Positions 29,191-29,221 of a DNA stretch of 29,221 bases are shown piece by piece (position 1 is the first letter of the stretch; every line of letters begins with the position of its first letter). The translations under genes were made by a program, and so were the position numbers. Source of the DNA: Candidatus Oleincola secundus (lineage in GTDB: Bacteria; Atribacterota; Phoenicimicrobiia; Phoenicimicrobiales; Stramentimicrobiaceae); the NCBI GenBank assembly GCA_018400815.1, contig JAGYLS010000015.1, positions 1-29,221 of the forward strand, written 5' to 3'. The notes beneath the pieces were generated by a model, which saw nothing but the letters and a program-made list of their open reading frames with translations, was not told the origin of the DNA and made no database searches.

Positions 29191-29221
29191 ATAATGTTAG
29201 TATACTAATTTGCATATATAT

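Overview
Low-GC bacterial chromosome segment spanning the replication origin, made up almost entirely of housekeeping genes. Minus strand: dnaA-dnaN-recF-dciA(DUF721)-gyrB-gyrA. Plus strand: rpmH-rnpA-yidD-yidC-jag-mnmE, then a ~760-bp palindrome-rich gap with a parS site, then mcsA-mcsB-clpC-radA-yacL(PIN/TRAM)-cysS-sigH, tRNAs Thr/Tyr/Thr, tuf, rpmG, tRNA-Trp, secE-nusG-rplK-rplA-rplJ-rplL. I see no phage, CRISPR array, transposase or defence gene, and no novel multi-gene protein system. The unusual signals are in non-coding DNA and at protein termini: (1) a T-box-like leader with a miniature Stem I at the left edge; (2) nusG has no in-frame ATG/GTG/TTG upstream of its conserved N-terminus; (3) L7/L12 has a ~46-aa charged N-terminal extension; (4) parS lies inside a 36-bp perfect palindrome at an apparent rearrangement junction lacking mnmG/rsmG/parAB and ctsR; (5) oriC uses TTATTAACA-type DnaA boxes; (6) a terminator/antiterminator-like arrangement surrounds the gyrB promoter. 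Gene content is Bacillota-like but includes DciA; taxonomy cannot be settled without a search. All coordinates outside the supplied ORF track were counted by hand.
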